A stretch of 56,062 nt of DNA, from the IMG/VR virus record IMGVR_UViG_3300020473_001840, positions 1 through 56,062 of that record, one strand, 5' to 3'. Positions 20,238 through 29,988 of this stretch are shown here, in pieces. A program made the translations under genes and the position numbers. The DNA is from a virus. Its lineage: Duplodnaviria; Caudoviricetes. Below the pieces are notes generated by a model. That model worked only from the letters and a program-made list of their open reading frames with translations, had not been told where the DNA came from and did not search any database. The first letter of the stretch is position 1, and every line of letters begins with the position of its first letter.

Positions 20238-20524
20238 GCAAGAAAGATTTGGATTCTTTAATTAATGAAGCTCTAGATAACATACGTAGTGATCGAAAAG
20301 CAGCTAGAGAATTTTTAAATGAAATCGCAAATCAAATTGCAAACAATTCTGAAGAAAACAAGTACTTAAGCCCTGTAGCTGCAAAGCACATAGAAACGCT
20401 TCAAAGATCTAATGAGCAGCTTGTTAAGCTTATTGGAATTAGACAAAAAGATTCTAAACAAACTGCCGTGCTTTCTGAAGAAGATAAGTCCAGCTTGTTT
20501 GACATGATACAGGGGGGCACATGA
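20234..20524 (+). CDS. Hypothetical helical/coiled-coil protein
   Basis: 96-aa ORF coupled to the sigma gene by ATGA overlap, GGAG SD. Confidence 0.65.
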   Translation: MSKKDLDSLINEALDNIRSDRKAAREFLNEIANQIANNSEENKYLSPVAAKHIETLQRSNEQLVKLIGIRQKDSKQTAVLSEEDKSSLFDMIQGGT

Positions 20525-21976
20525 ATGTCTACGCCTACTACACCAGCCGAAGGGCGCACGTTGTTAGCAGGAATCGTTCGAAAACGTTCGCCAAACCACC
20601 CCAACGCCACTAAAAATGCTGTTATTTTCATGGTTCGTGTGTTAACAAAGCCGCTCCCCTATAACAGTAACTCGGCTAAGATGATTATCGGCGATGGCTA
20701 TTATCCTTCTGCCGGGAATCCTAATGACGAAGATCGCCCCTATAAAGATCAAGAAGATCAGGTTCCACGTATAATGTTTCGCGGCCGAATTATTTCATCT
20801 AACAATGGTTTGAGGCCTCATATTTTTCTAAAAGATCCATGTAGAATTACATCTGCAGTTAAGGTAGATAAATTAAATCGACTTATTCATGACCATACAA
20901 TGTTTATTTCTAAACAATCATATAGCGGAATTGTTCCAAAGTTGGGAGACGTGGTACAGGTTGTGTTACAGAAGTCGGATTTTGACGGACCAGAATTAAA
21001 AGTTGCTCATTTTGATGAGATTATGGACACCTCTGATGGTGAATTTTATGATGCTAGCGAGCATGGCGCAGGCTGTAGTAGTTTAAAATACATGATAGAA
21101 ACAGGCGGTGAAAGCTCTTATACAAATTTAGCTACAACTGCCGGCAGTGGAGATCCCTGGAGTGCGAAAAGAGACATGACCGAATTGGTAAAGGAGATCA
21201 GAGCATCGGACGATCTATCTACAGAAGTAATAAGAACTCCCGCCGGCGCTGGTCTTGATCCAACAAAACTACTTAATCGTGTAATACAGACAGCTAACAA
21301 GTTTAATGTTACTGCTTCGGCTTCATCTACTACAAGCGCGCTCATCGGTACGCGAGGACAAGGAGTACATGAAACAAAAGAGCCGGCATTCAGCAATGTT
21401 GTTGAAATGTGGGCGAGCAATACAGATCTTGCTAAAGGCAAAAGACAATCGTGGGGAGAAAGTCAAGCAAAGAACCGAATAGCATGGTCTGCGGCGTACA
21501 TTAATTATATAATACGTCCCCAAGATCCAACTTTTCAAGCTGGGACATGGTATTATGGGCACACTAACTACACCAAGGTAGGCTGGAAGGCTCGAAGTAC
21601 TAGTCAGTATCAAGATTGCAAATGGTATCCTTACAGCCTTATTGATGAAACTGTTGAGCCGGCCGTAGGAGATATATTTATTTTTGAAGGTAGGTATAAG
21701 GGATCAAAAGACCATGCATCACATGGTGATATATGTTATAAAATTGTAAAATCTGGAACCAAAACAACTTATATGTTAGCCGGCGGTAATATGCGAAATA
21801 CTAACATTATTGATGCTTATGTTTTTGGGGGCGACGATGGTTTGTTAGGAAAAGATGCAAAAATTAAACCATATACTGCACCATCAACAGCTCGCGGAAA
21901 AAAAGCCGATTATGGATATGAAGGTCACACCGGCAATCCAAAATATAAATTAATTTTAAAAAAAATGAAAAAATGA
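20525..21976 (+). CDS. Putative baseplate hub protein (gp5-like N-terminus) with C-terminal DUF2272/CHAP-like cell-wall hydrolase domain
   Basis: PKLGDVVQV resembles the OB-fold motif. C-terminal AWSAAYINYI...PAVGDI...SHGDI...AGGN. Confidence 0.55.
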   Translation: MSTPTTPAEGRTLLAGIVRKRSPNHPNATKNAVIFMVRVLTKPLPYNSNSAKMIIGDGYYPSAGNPNDEDRPYKDQEDQVPRIMFRGRIISSNNGLRPHIFLKDPCRITSAVKVDKLNRLIHDHTMFISKQSYSGIVPKLGDVVQVVLQKSDFDGPELKVAHFDEIMDTSDGEFYDASEHGAGCSSLKYMIETGGESSYTNLATTAGSGDPWSAKRDMTELVKEIRASDDLSTEVIRTPAGAGLDPTKLLNRVIQTANKFNVTASASSTTSALIGTRGQGVHETKEPAFSNVVEMWASNTDLAKGKRQSWGESQAKNRIAWSAAYINYIIRPQDPTFQAGTWYYGHTNYTKVGWKARSTSQYQDCKWYPYSLIDETVEPAVGDIFIFEGRYKGSKDHASHGDICYKIVKSGTKTTYMLAGGNMRNTNIIDAYVFGGDDGLLGKDAKIKPYTAPSTARGKKADYGYEGHTGNPKYKLILKKMKK

Positions 21977-22004
21977 AAAACAATTAAAATGGAAGAAATT
22001 TATT

Positions 22005-23030
22005 ATGTCCGATCCTAAATCACCCAAATTACACGATCTTTCAGAATTAAAAGATTATCGAAGACAAATTGCTACAGATGTTTACGCAAGATTCAAACTT
22101 AATCAAACTGTGAATATAGTTCCTGATGATTCAGGCTTGCTCAACACGCATGTTAAACAAAAAGGGCTTCATATGATCCGCGGCGCCGCAGAACAAATGC
22201 TGCAAAATCAAGGAGCTACTATTGTTTTAGGTCGCGAAAGGCTAGCAGGTATTGGAACAAGTTATGGTGGAAAAGGCGCCTCTCCGCACGGTAAAGGCAC
22301 AAATGCGATTCGATTAACATCGGGCCCCGGCTCTAGAGGTAGTTCCGGAAAAGGATATAAAGATGGCACCCATTATGATCCTTCGTTTTATAATGACGCG
22401 GCTACAATTTACTGTTCAGACATAACAGATCCCGATACAGCTATTGGAACATGTGATGGCCCTTTAGGTAACCAAAAGACCCAATCAGCGATTATAAATT
22501 TTGCTGATCAGTTGCGTTATTTTGGAGTTGGTGGTGTACAAATTTGTACTGGCCATCCTACTACTGCGAAAGGAATGAGTCAAACTGGAATGATAACCTC
22601 GCATGGAGGAAAGATCGAACAAGCGCCCCCAATCGTCTTATCGGCTGGAAATACTGATGGAACAAAACCAATTTGGGGATTGCCTGGAATATCAGCTAAT
22701 GATGAAGTAGACATTCTTCAAGGAGTCGCGCGCGGCCAAAATACGACTGAATGTATTCGCGAACTATCTAATATTTTAGATAAAGTTATTGGAGCGCTAA
22801 TACGTTTGGGAATTTATCAAGGAGCTTTCGCCGCAATCCTGGGTATTACAGTACCCCCAGGCATTCAGCCGCATCATGCTGGAGCCGCTGGTATTATGGT
22901 TAATGAAACATATGCTAGTTTTATTACAAGCCTCGTTCAATTACGATTGACCAAAGTTTTTTGGGAAATAATGTATTGCGAAGAGGGAAGTTCAAAAAGC
23001 GTTAAAAGCTTAAACGTATTCTCATCATAG
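22005..23030 (+). CDS. Putative baseplate spike / gp5 C-terminal-like virion protein
   Basis: Gly-rich short beta-strand pattern (IVLGRER, AIRLTSG, ATIY, ADQLRYFG). Located between the hub-like gene and gp25. Confidence 0.45.
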   Translation: MSDPKSPKLHDLSELKDYRRQIATDVYARFKLNQTVNIVPDDSGLLNTHVKQKGLHMIRGAAEQMLQNQGATIVLGRERLAGIGTSYGGKGASPHGKGTNAIRLTSGPGSRGSSGKGYKDGTHYDPSFYNDAATIYCSDITDPDTAIGTCDGPLGNQKTQSAIINFADQLRYFGVGGVQICTGHPTTAKGMSQTGMITSHGGKIEQAPPIVLSAGNTDGTKPIWGLPGISANDEVDILQGVARGQNTTECIRELSNILDKVIGALIRLGIYQGAFAAILGITVPPGIQPHHAGAAGIMVNETYASFITSLVQLRLTKVFWEIMYCEEGSSKSVKSLNVFSS

Positions 23031-23038
23031 GAAAAAAC

Positions 23039-26000
23039 ATGTCCACCTCTAAATTTTTAGAATTTCAAGATACTGATGAATCAGGAATTATAGATCAATG
23101 CGATGATTTGGTTAAAGTACCTGAACAAAAAGTTTGTCCCCCGTGCAGCAAGAATCCAAGTTTTATAGCGCCAGATTGGAAATCTAAAGATGTAGACGAA
23201 CCTTGGTTAAATGAAAAAACATGTAAGTTTGAAATTACTATAGTCACAAATCATACATCTCTTATACCTTCTGTTGATGCGACGGATGAGGAAGCTGAGG
23301 AATATGTGAATGGCTTGTTTGAAGAGCATGAAGAGTTAGCTATTGATGGTATATTGGTGTATTTTCAAAAAGAAAACTCAGATCAAAACATTGATGATTT
23401 GAAATCAGCTATCAAATATGAGAAATACGATTTAGATATTCGTATGGGCTCAAAAGTCAAATTGTTATATTCTTTGCCTTATGAAGATGTAACAAGTCTT
23501 TTAGATAGTTCTGATGATGATACTCAAGAAGAAGAGGAAGATGCTACTGAATCCGGAGACATCACTGCGTCCTATAATGCGGCAGAATTAAATTCAAGAA
23601 TGTTGAAAATTCGAAAAGCATTGCATCTCTATGGTAGATATTTAAATTTATACAGACAAGTCGATAAAGGAAATTTAGTATTTGAAGATGAAGGAAGAAT
23701 TTTTTACTTAAAAAGATACGGGGACAACGGCATAACAGGTACCGGTACTCTTGAGCGAGTAATAAAAGATATTGATTCTTTTTTAAGCAAAAAAGGTTAT
23801 CGTTTGCGTGGTGGTAAAATATCTAGTATTGGAGGCTCCCCAATTAATGAAATTGAATTTGTCTTCACATCAAAATATGTTTTAAAAAAAATATCAATTA
23901 CCACATTTGAATGTGGAGATAAACAATTTCATTTTGGCAAAAAGAAAATCAAGTCTTTAACTAAAAAAGGTCACTTTAAAGACAAAACCGCTATGGGATA
24001 TTTAGCACAAGTCGACTCAATGTACGACAAACTCACAGCACGAGAACCCCCAGAGTGGACTGAGTTTGTTGAAACTTATACATATCCTAAAGTTATAGCT
24101 ACAGTAAATTGGCCAGAGAACAGAATAACCGAAACTAATTCAACTGATATGACAATACAAAGTTGTGTTGGTGAAGCCCTAGCGGAAGAGTTTAAAACAC
24201 TAGGAGCAGACATCCTTGATTTTGATTTTAGTCTCGCAGATGCTCTTTTATATTTATTTAATAAAAGTGTATGCAAAGAAAATATTAATGAAGTTCAACA
24301 AGATGCGATTAAATTGAATTTAGTATACGATCCTCGTACTAAAGATAAAACAAAAATTTTGGAGCTAGCAAAACAACAAGCCTTTCAACAACTTCAAATA
24401 GACGGTTCTGTTTTTGTGTCAGCGTGTCGTAAATTGGCTACTAATGGAGATGAAAAAAATTCTTCTATTAATAATATTAAAGATTTGTTTTCTATTGTGT
24501 TTTCTAGGCTTAAAGTCTGTGGAATGACCGAATTTGCACTTGAGGCATCAAATTGTTTAATGCAGCAGCTGCCGCTTGAACAAGTATTGAATAGTGTAGT
24601 TAAGTCAGCTCTTCAAAACATGTCTCTTGAAAATTTCGGAGAATTATTTTTAAATAAAATACCTCCCGAAGATCAACAAGCAATCAGGGCCCTTGTTGAA
24701 AGAAAACTGAAATCTAATGACTTGTTTAAAGATGATTCAACAAACGATAGAGTGAGCAACTATATTCAAAATGGAGTTGATCCTGGCCAAATTACTAATC
24801 TTGAGCCTTGGACAATAAAAGAATTAATAGCAAAAATCAAAGAAAGGCCTCGTCAAGGCGCCGGCGGCCTGGGACAGCCAGCCTCCGGAGAGCAAGGCCT
24901 TGTAGCGCGCAGCGTAAACAATCAAACACGAACTTTAGCACAAAGATATGATAAAGATGCCCCTTCTAATGCTTTGCAAGCTGAATCTTCTGTTGTAATG
25001 GAGGTGTATGTACAGGCATTGTTGGAACATTACAAAGAAGATCTTCTTTCCGTAGTGGATATACTGGGCAATTTTCCTGGCGCCCAACTTATTACTAAAT
25101 CATTGCTACTCCTCGACTGCCCGCAGCCTCCTCTTTTTGAGCCTTCTGTGGCGGACTTTATAAAAGACATTGAGTTGCCTTTTTGTCGCGGCATAGATGA
25201 TATTACATTTCCTGTGATGAGAAATCCTTTAGAGTGGTTGCCCGAATGGAAAGACATCACTGGTCAATTTCCAAAAATTGCAAAACATGCATTACAGCAA
25301 GTTTTAGTTTCTGTTTTGACAAGATTGATGGTAAAAATATGCGAGATAATCGGTACCGGTATGTGTAAAATTCTTGGAGCTGGTGGTAATATGGCCATGG
25401 CCGCTCTTGGTATAGGTTCAGATCAAGATGGCGTTGTAGATAATAGAGATACTGTAAAAGATCTAATCAAAGAAGCAATCTGCGGTCAAGATGCTGATGA
25501 TCAGAAAGTAGAGGATACTCTTACAGATATATATGAAAAACTTGGCCTAGGCGCCACAGCCCTAGCAGACACTGAACAGCTACTTAATTTTGCTGAAGAT
25601 CAATCTCAATATTTAAGTCGCCAAGAAATATTTGATATGTATTTAGGCGAAGCATCTCCAGAGGCCCTTGACGTCATGGATGCTTTAATAGAAGATGCTT
25701 ATCCTGAATATAGAGATGCACTTCCTAGCAAAGAATCAATCGCAGACTTTGCAAAAGGAATTGGAGATTTAATGCCTGCGTCTTTCAAGGACTCAATGCG
25801 TAACTTTGCAGATGATTTAGACGATGATGACCCTGTTCCGGCTAATCCTTCGCTATGTGCAACTCCTGAATTAATAGAGCAATTTTGTGAATCTAGAGCA
25901 GCGCTGCTAAGTTCGCGAGCGACAGAATCTCAAACTGCACAAATGTGTCGGAATATTCAAGATGAAACCCGCGAGAAGTTAGACGAACTTACTAATGCTA

Positions 26001-29000
26001 TCCAGCAGGGGCCATCTGATTTAGTATCAAATGCTATTCCACAAGTGATATCTGATCCTGGATGTGAAAACGGAATTGTTCCTTTTGAGCCGGCAGTCGT
26101 ATCAGCTGGAGCTGTAAAATCTTTAAATAGCATAATGAAACAAATACAGCTTGAATATGTACAGGATATGATAGGAAACGGACCCGGTGAAAAAAACTGG
26201 GGTCTTTTGAATATGATTTTAAGTGATACTATGGGCAATCCTTTAAGTGCACATAATCGAAAAGCATCCAATAATCCACTTTATGTTAGTTTTGTTAACT
26301 CTGATGGATCTATATTGCAAAAAGGACAATTTCCGCAGTATGTTGCTGAATGGCTTCAAGAAGAATTGACGTCACAAGCCAGTCGAATAGAATATGTGGG
26401 AAGTAATACGATAGAAGAGCTTCCGGATATATATGTCTCTTATGAAACTTTAGGAGTTAGAGAAAGTAAATTTTTTCCTTTAGAGCTGCCTACGTTGGGT
26501 TGGGGCACAACTTATATTATGGCTCCAGGTGGGATTACTTTTCAACAACAAGCACGAAAAGCTAGCTCAGATCTTTCTTTATCTTTTGCAGACAATAACA
26601 TGGGTCGCGGCGGCACTTTTCAGTATGGATTTAGTGCACAAATGTATCTATCAGAACTTAGGCGCAGTACATTAACTGATTATTCTCCGGGCGGCTTCGG
26701 GAGATCTGTGCGCGGTGTTGACGATACGCCTTTAATTATGAAAACCAATATGAAAAGCGACAATGCCAGAATAAAGATAACTAATTTTTATAATACGTCA
26801 CCTACAGCGACTCCGATTTCTATTGTAGCGAATCTTTTTGCAGGAAATGACCCGGATGAAGATGGCTCAGGAAATTCGAAACTATCAAATTTTGCAGCAA
26901 TCTTTGGACTCAGCGGTGAGTCTATACAGGAAGAAATATTGTTTGAATTTTTAGCTGTAGATGATACGATTAATATTAATGAAATGGCTGATTATCCGAC
27001 ATTTCAATCAAGTTTCCAAAAAGAAAATGAGCACATGCCTCAAATTATATTATTAGAAGAAATGTTAACACAAGCAGAAATGAAAGTTCCAGGGTTAAAA
27101 GATGCCGAAACGCCTTTAGAAGCATTTAGTTTACCTTCTATTGCTAATGAACTAAAGACAGTTCATGACTTGTTTATGACGTATATGAGTCGAACTCTGA
27201 TATCTGAAGTAGCTGATAATGAAGCAGCTTTTCTTTACGGAGCAGCGTATGACGACATAACACAGGATGATATTCAATATGTCGTAGTCCCTGATACGAC
27301 TGACTCCGAAGGGGGAACTTTGTATTCTGAAGCTACCATCGATGGTAAAAAAATAAAAAATGCAGATGCAATACTGGGAATAAGTCGTATGCAATATGAA
27401 ATTGAGTATGAAGGTCGAGAAGGAGAAAATAGAGTCTTTTATCTTGATCCGTCTGAGTTTGGATTAAGCTACGTAAACCCTAAGATTTACATCAAGCCTG
27501 TAGCTAATCAAGGATGGCTCGGCCTTATAGATGTTTTATTTCCAGAATTAAGCTTATGCAAAGATGGTAAAGTAGATTTAATTAATTTTTCTGAGATAGA
27601 ACAACAAATAGAAGAAACCTACAATAGTATTCCAATGGATGAGAGACTTCAATATAATGAAGATTGCGCAACTGAATTACCATATAATAGAATCTTAGAA
27701 AGACAATCAGCAGCTGGCATTCAAGGTATTATTCATGCAGCTTGTAGAATTTTTGGTAGCACTCACTTTATTAAAACATTGGCGACTTTCACAACGTTTA
27801 AGCCCGATTTTGATGAGTCATATAGCAATATATACTCTCAGTATATTGTAGAAAATATGGAAAAATCTCTCAAAAGCTCTCAAGGCGCTGGTTGGGAACG
27901 TTTTAATTCTTTTAAAGATTATGAATTTTGGTATAGTTTCTTAGAACAGTCTGTACAGACATACGGAAGATTGGTAGATGATGGTACCATATCAGATCCC
28001 CCTGATTTTGTTTTGCGAGCATTGTTTAGTATTAATAAAATGCAAGAAACTTACAAAGTTCCCACAAGAGAAGATTGGAGAATCGGCCGCGAGAATATAT
28101 TTGAATCATATGAAGAATTTAAGCAAAAATCAAATTTCGAAGCAATTCAACAAACAGAGGGCCCTGCCAAAAGAGTTCTTCAAGAATTTGTAAAAATGGA
28201 ACTTATTTCTATGGCTGAAAAGTTTGTGGTAAATTTGCAAACGGTCAACATGACTCCGTTATATGATAATGTTTACTATTATTTTCTTATGAACTTCACA
28301 CAAGGCGGCATTGATCTAGATATAGATAAAGAAATAATAGCTACAGTTGCTACCCCAACCACTGCAGATCTTGGATATACTTCGAATGTTGCAAATCATA
28401 TACATTCGTTTCAAGTAGATGACGCCGGAAACGGATGGGCATATGAAGCTTACCATCCGACTCAACCAAAAATTTATCACAAGCATGAAATCATAAATTG
28501 GGAAGTGCAAGAAGCACAAAGTGAATGTTATCCCTCATGTAAAGATTTATATGGGCTTGATGGTATCGGCCCACATGTGCATACAATTGGGAAAACAACT
28601 GTTCCCATTGGTGATATTGAATCATATAATTACGAAGGGCTAGATTATGAGGATCCTTCGAGACCTTTTGTGGTTGAAAAGTATATTTCTATTAATGGAG
28701 TTAAATATGGAATTGAGGAAGGCACAGAAATAATAAAAGCGAATGACTTATCATTAAATATTTCAGACGTCTATCCAGGTACATTAGAATTAGTGTATAA
28801 ATCTTCTGAAATGCAGACGGCCGAGAATTCCTCTACCGATGCCCGATTTTTGCCAGAAGAAGGCACTGAAGGAGAGCCCATAGGCGTTGAGGGCCAGCTA
28901 GGTGTTCGAAATGGTTTAGAGTTTTCAATAATTGTAGATGGGCAAAAGCTCGCTATTACAAGTGTAGAAGTAGATGCAATGGATTATCCTATTGGCTTGT

Positions 29001-29575
29001 ATATACCGCCTCAAGCAAATTCAAAAGAGTTGCTTTGTTTAATTAAATTATTAGAAGAAGATGAAAAATTTAGATTAGTTACGCGTTATATCTTTCCTAT
29101 TAATAAAGTTTTATCAATGATTGCTATCTATAATGATTTAGGATTTTTACCATCCATTGGAGAAGTTACGGGAGATGTCGGGTTTCCCGCTAGTGTTGGA
29201 ATGCAAGCTAGCGTCGATGAGTTTGATAATTCGGTGGATTTAAGCAACAGTAAAAGGGGCTGGGCTTCTGCATATGATCGAGTTCCTGGACCATTTTCAG
29301 GATGGTTTGTAAGAGAATGGGACAACTGGGATCAGGAACTTTTAAGGAATTCTAAGAGTAGACTTAAAAAATTGTTTAAAACTTTTTATAACTCACGAGA
29401 TTTCGATGAAAGTTTTAAAATGATGTTTGAGTTTGACCCAATACAGTTTTCCATACAAAACTTAAAAGATGCACTGCGCCCTCGAAGCTTAAAATCTATG
29501 CTTCCTAGGTGGCGAAGAGGTAAAATGATAAATGCAAATCCGCTCGATACAAACAACAAAGTGTGTAAAAACTAA
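23039..29575 (+). CDS. Giant acidic, Cys-containing putative virion protein (2178 aa)
   Basis: Uninterrupted ORF within the baseplate module. N-terminal DTDESGIIDQCD motif and a triple HxH module near the C-terminus. Confidence 0.65.
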   Translation: MSTSKFLEFQDTDESGIIDQCDDLVKVPEQKVCPPCSKNPSFIAPDWKSKDVDEPWLNEKTCKFEITIVTNHTSLIPSVDATDEEAEEYVNGLFEEHEELAIDGILVYFQKENSDQNIDDLKSAIKYEKYDLDIRMGSKVKLLYSLPYEDVTSLLDSSDDDTQEEEEDATESGDITASYNAAELNSRMLKIRKALHLYGRYLNLYRQVDKGNLVFEDEGRIFYLKRYGDNGITGTGTLERVIKDIDSFLSKKGYRLRGGKISSIGGSPINEIEFVFTSKYVLKKISITTFECGDKQFHFGKKKIKSLTKKGHFKDKTAMGYLAQVDSMYDKLTAREPPEWTEFVETYTYPKVIATVNWPENRITETNSTDMTIQSCVGEALAEEFKTLGADILDFDFSLADALLYLFNKSVCKENINEVQQDAIKLNLVYDPRTKDKTKILELAKQQAFQQLQIDGSVFVSACRKLATNGDEKNSSINNIKDLFSIVFSRLKVCGMTEFALEASNCLMQQLPLEQVLNSVVKSALQNMSLENFGELFLNKIPPEDQQAIRALVERKLKSNDLFKDDSTNDRVSNYIQNGVDPGQITNLEPWTIKELIAKIKERPRQGAGGLGQPASGEQGLVARSVNNQTRTLAQRYDKDAPSNALQAESSVVMEVYVQALLEHYKEDLLSVVDILGNFPGAQLITKSLLLLDCPQPPLFEPSVADFIKDIELPFCRGIDDITFPVMRNPLEWLPEWKDITGQFPKIAKHALQQVLVSVLTRLMVKICEIIGTGMCKILGAGGNMAMAALGIGSDQDGVVDNRDTVKDLIKEAICGQDADDQKVEDTLTDIYEKLGLGATALADTEQLLNFAEDQSQYLSRQEIFDMYLGEASPEALDVMDALIEDAYPEYRDALPSKESIADFAKGIGDLMPASFKDSMRNFADDLDDDDPVPANPSLCATPELIEQFCESRAALLSSRATESQTAQMCRNIQDETREKLDELTNAIQQGPSDLVSNAIPQVISDPGCENGIVPFEPAVVSAGAVKSLNSIMKQIQLEYVQDMIGNGPGEKNWGLLNMILSDTMGNPLSAHNRKASNNPLYVSFVNSDGSILQKGQFPQYVAEWLQEELTSQASRIEYVGSNTIEELPDIYVSYETLGVRESKFFPLELPTLGWGTTYIMAPGGITFQQQARKASSDLSLSFADNNMGRGGTFQYGFSAQMYLSELRRSTLTDYSPGGFGRSVRGVDDTPLIMKTNMKSDNARIKITNFYNTSPTATPISIVANLFAGNDPDEDGSGNSKLSNFAAIFGLSGESIQEEILFEFLAVDDTININEMADYPTFQSSFQKENEHMPQIILLEEMLTQAEMKVPGLKDAETPLEAFSLPSIANELKTVHDLFMTYMSRTLISEVADNEAAFLYGAAYDDITQDDIQYVVVPDTTDSEGGTLYSEATIDGKKIKNADAILGISRMQYEIEYEGREGENRVFYLDPSEFGLSYVNPKIYIKPVANQGWLGLIDVLFPELSLCKDGKVDLINFSEIEQQIEETYNSIPMDERLQYNEDCATELPYNRILERQSAAGIQGIIHAACRIFGSTHFIKTLATFTTFKPDFDESYSNIYSQYIVENMEKSLKSSQGAGWERFNSFKDYEFWYSFLEQSVQTYGRLVDDGTISDPPDFVLRALFSINKMQETYKVPTREDWRIGRENIFESYEEFKQKSNFEAIQQTEGPAKRVLQEFVKMELISMAEKFVVNLQTVNMTPLYDNVYYYFLMNFTQGGIDLDIDKEIIATVATPTTADLGYTSNVANHIHSFQVDDAGNGWAYEAYHPTQPKIYHKHEIINWEVQEAQSECYPSCKDLYGLDGIGPHVHTIGKTTVPIGDIESYNYEGLDYEDPSRPFVVEKYISINGVKYGIEEGTEIIKANDLSLNISDVYPGTLELVYKSSEMQTAENSSTDARFLPEEGTEGEPIGVEGQLGVRNGLEFSIIVDGQKLAITSVEVDAMDYPIGLYIPPQANSKELLCLIKLLEEDEKFRLVTRYIFPINKVLSMIAIYNDLGFLPSIGEVTGDVGFPASVGMQASVDEFDNSVDLSNSKRGWASAYDRVPGPFSGWFVREWDNWDQELLRNSKSRLKKLFKTFYNSRDFDESFKMMFEFDPIQFSIQNLKDALRPRSLKSMLPRWRRGKMINANPLDTNNKVCKN

Positions 29576-29605
29576 AACTAGTTGTAATTATTATGAGGTT
29601 TTAAT

Positions 29606-29971
29606 ATGTCTTCTATAGGAATACAATTACCTATTGTTTATAATAGTCATGACGGTTTTAAAATGATTAAAACTGTGCGTACAATGTTGCGTCAAAATCT
29701 TAAAATGTTGCTTTTAACAATTCCTGGCGAAAGAGTGATGGAGCCTAATTTTGGAGTAGGGGTGGCTACTTACTTATTTCAAAATTATTCTGAGAATGTT
29801 ACTGCAGAGATCAAGCGAAAAATCACACAGCAAGTCGACCTTTACATACCCGCGTTAAGACTACAGAGTATCAATTTTCAAAACAATCCAGATTTCAACT
29901 CTATGAGAATAATTATTCAATATCAAATTCCAGATATTGGAATCAATGATTTGCTAGATATTACTATTTAA
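29606..29971 (+). CDS. Baseplate wedge subunit, gp25/GpW family
   Basis: QNLKMLLLTIPGERVMEPNFGVG..YLF signature. Confidence 0.92.
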   Translation: MSSIGIQLPIVYNSHDGFKMIKTVRTMLRQNLKMLLLTIPGERVMEPNFGVGVATYLFQNYSENVTAEIKRKITQQVDLYIPALRLQSINFQNNPDFNSMRIIIQYQIPDIGINDLLDITI

Positions 29972-29988
29972 TTAAGGAATTTAACTAC

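Noticed and set aside
21958-21980. AAAAATG tandem repeat / possible slippery site at the end of the hub gene
   Set aside because: Only two units in Lys-Met codons within AT-rich DNA. The downstream gene has its own start.
23039-29575. Tape measure protein
   Set aside because: Acidic and Cys-rich, without the Ala/Gly-rich periodic repeats or TM segments typical of tape measures.
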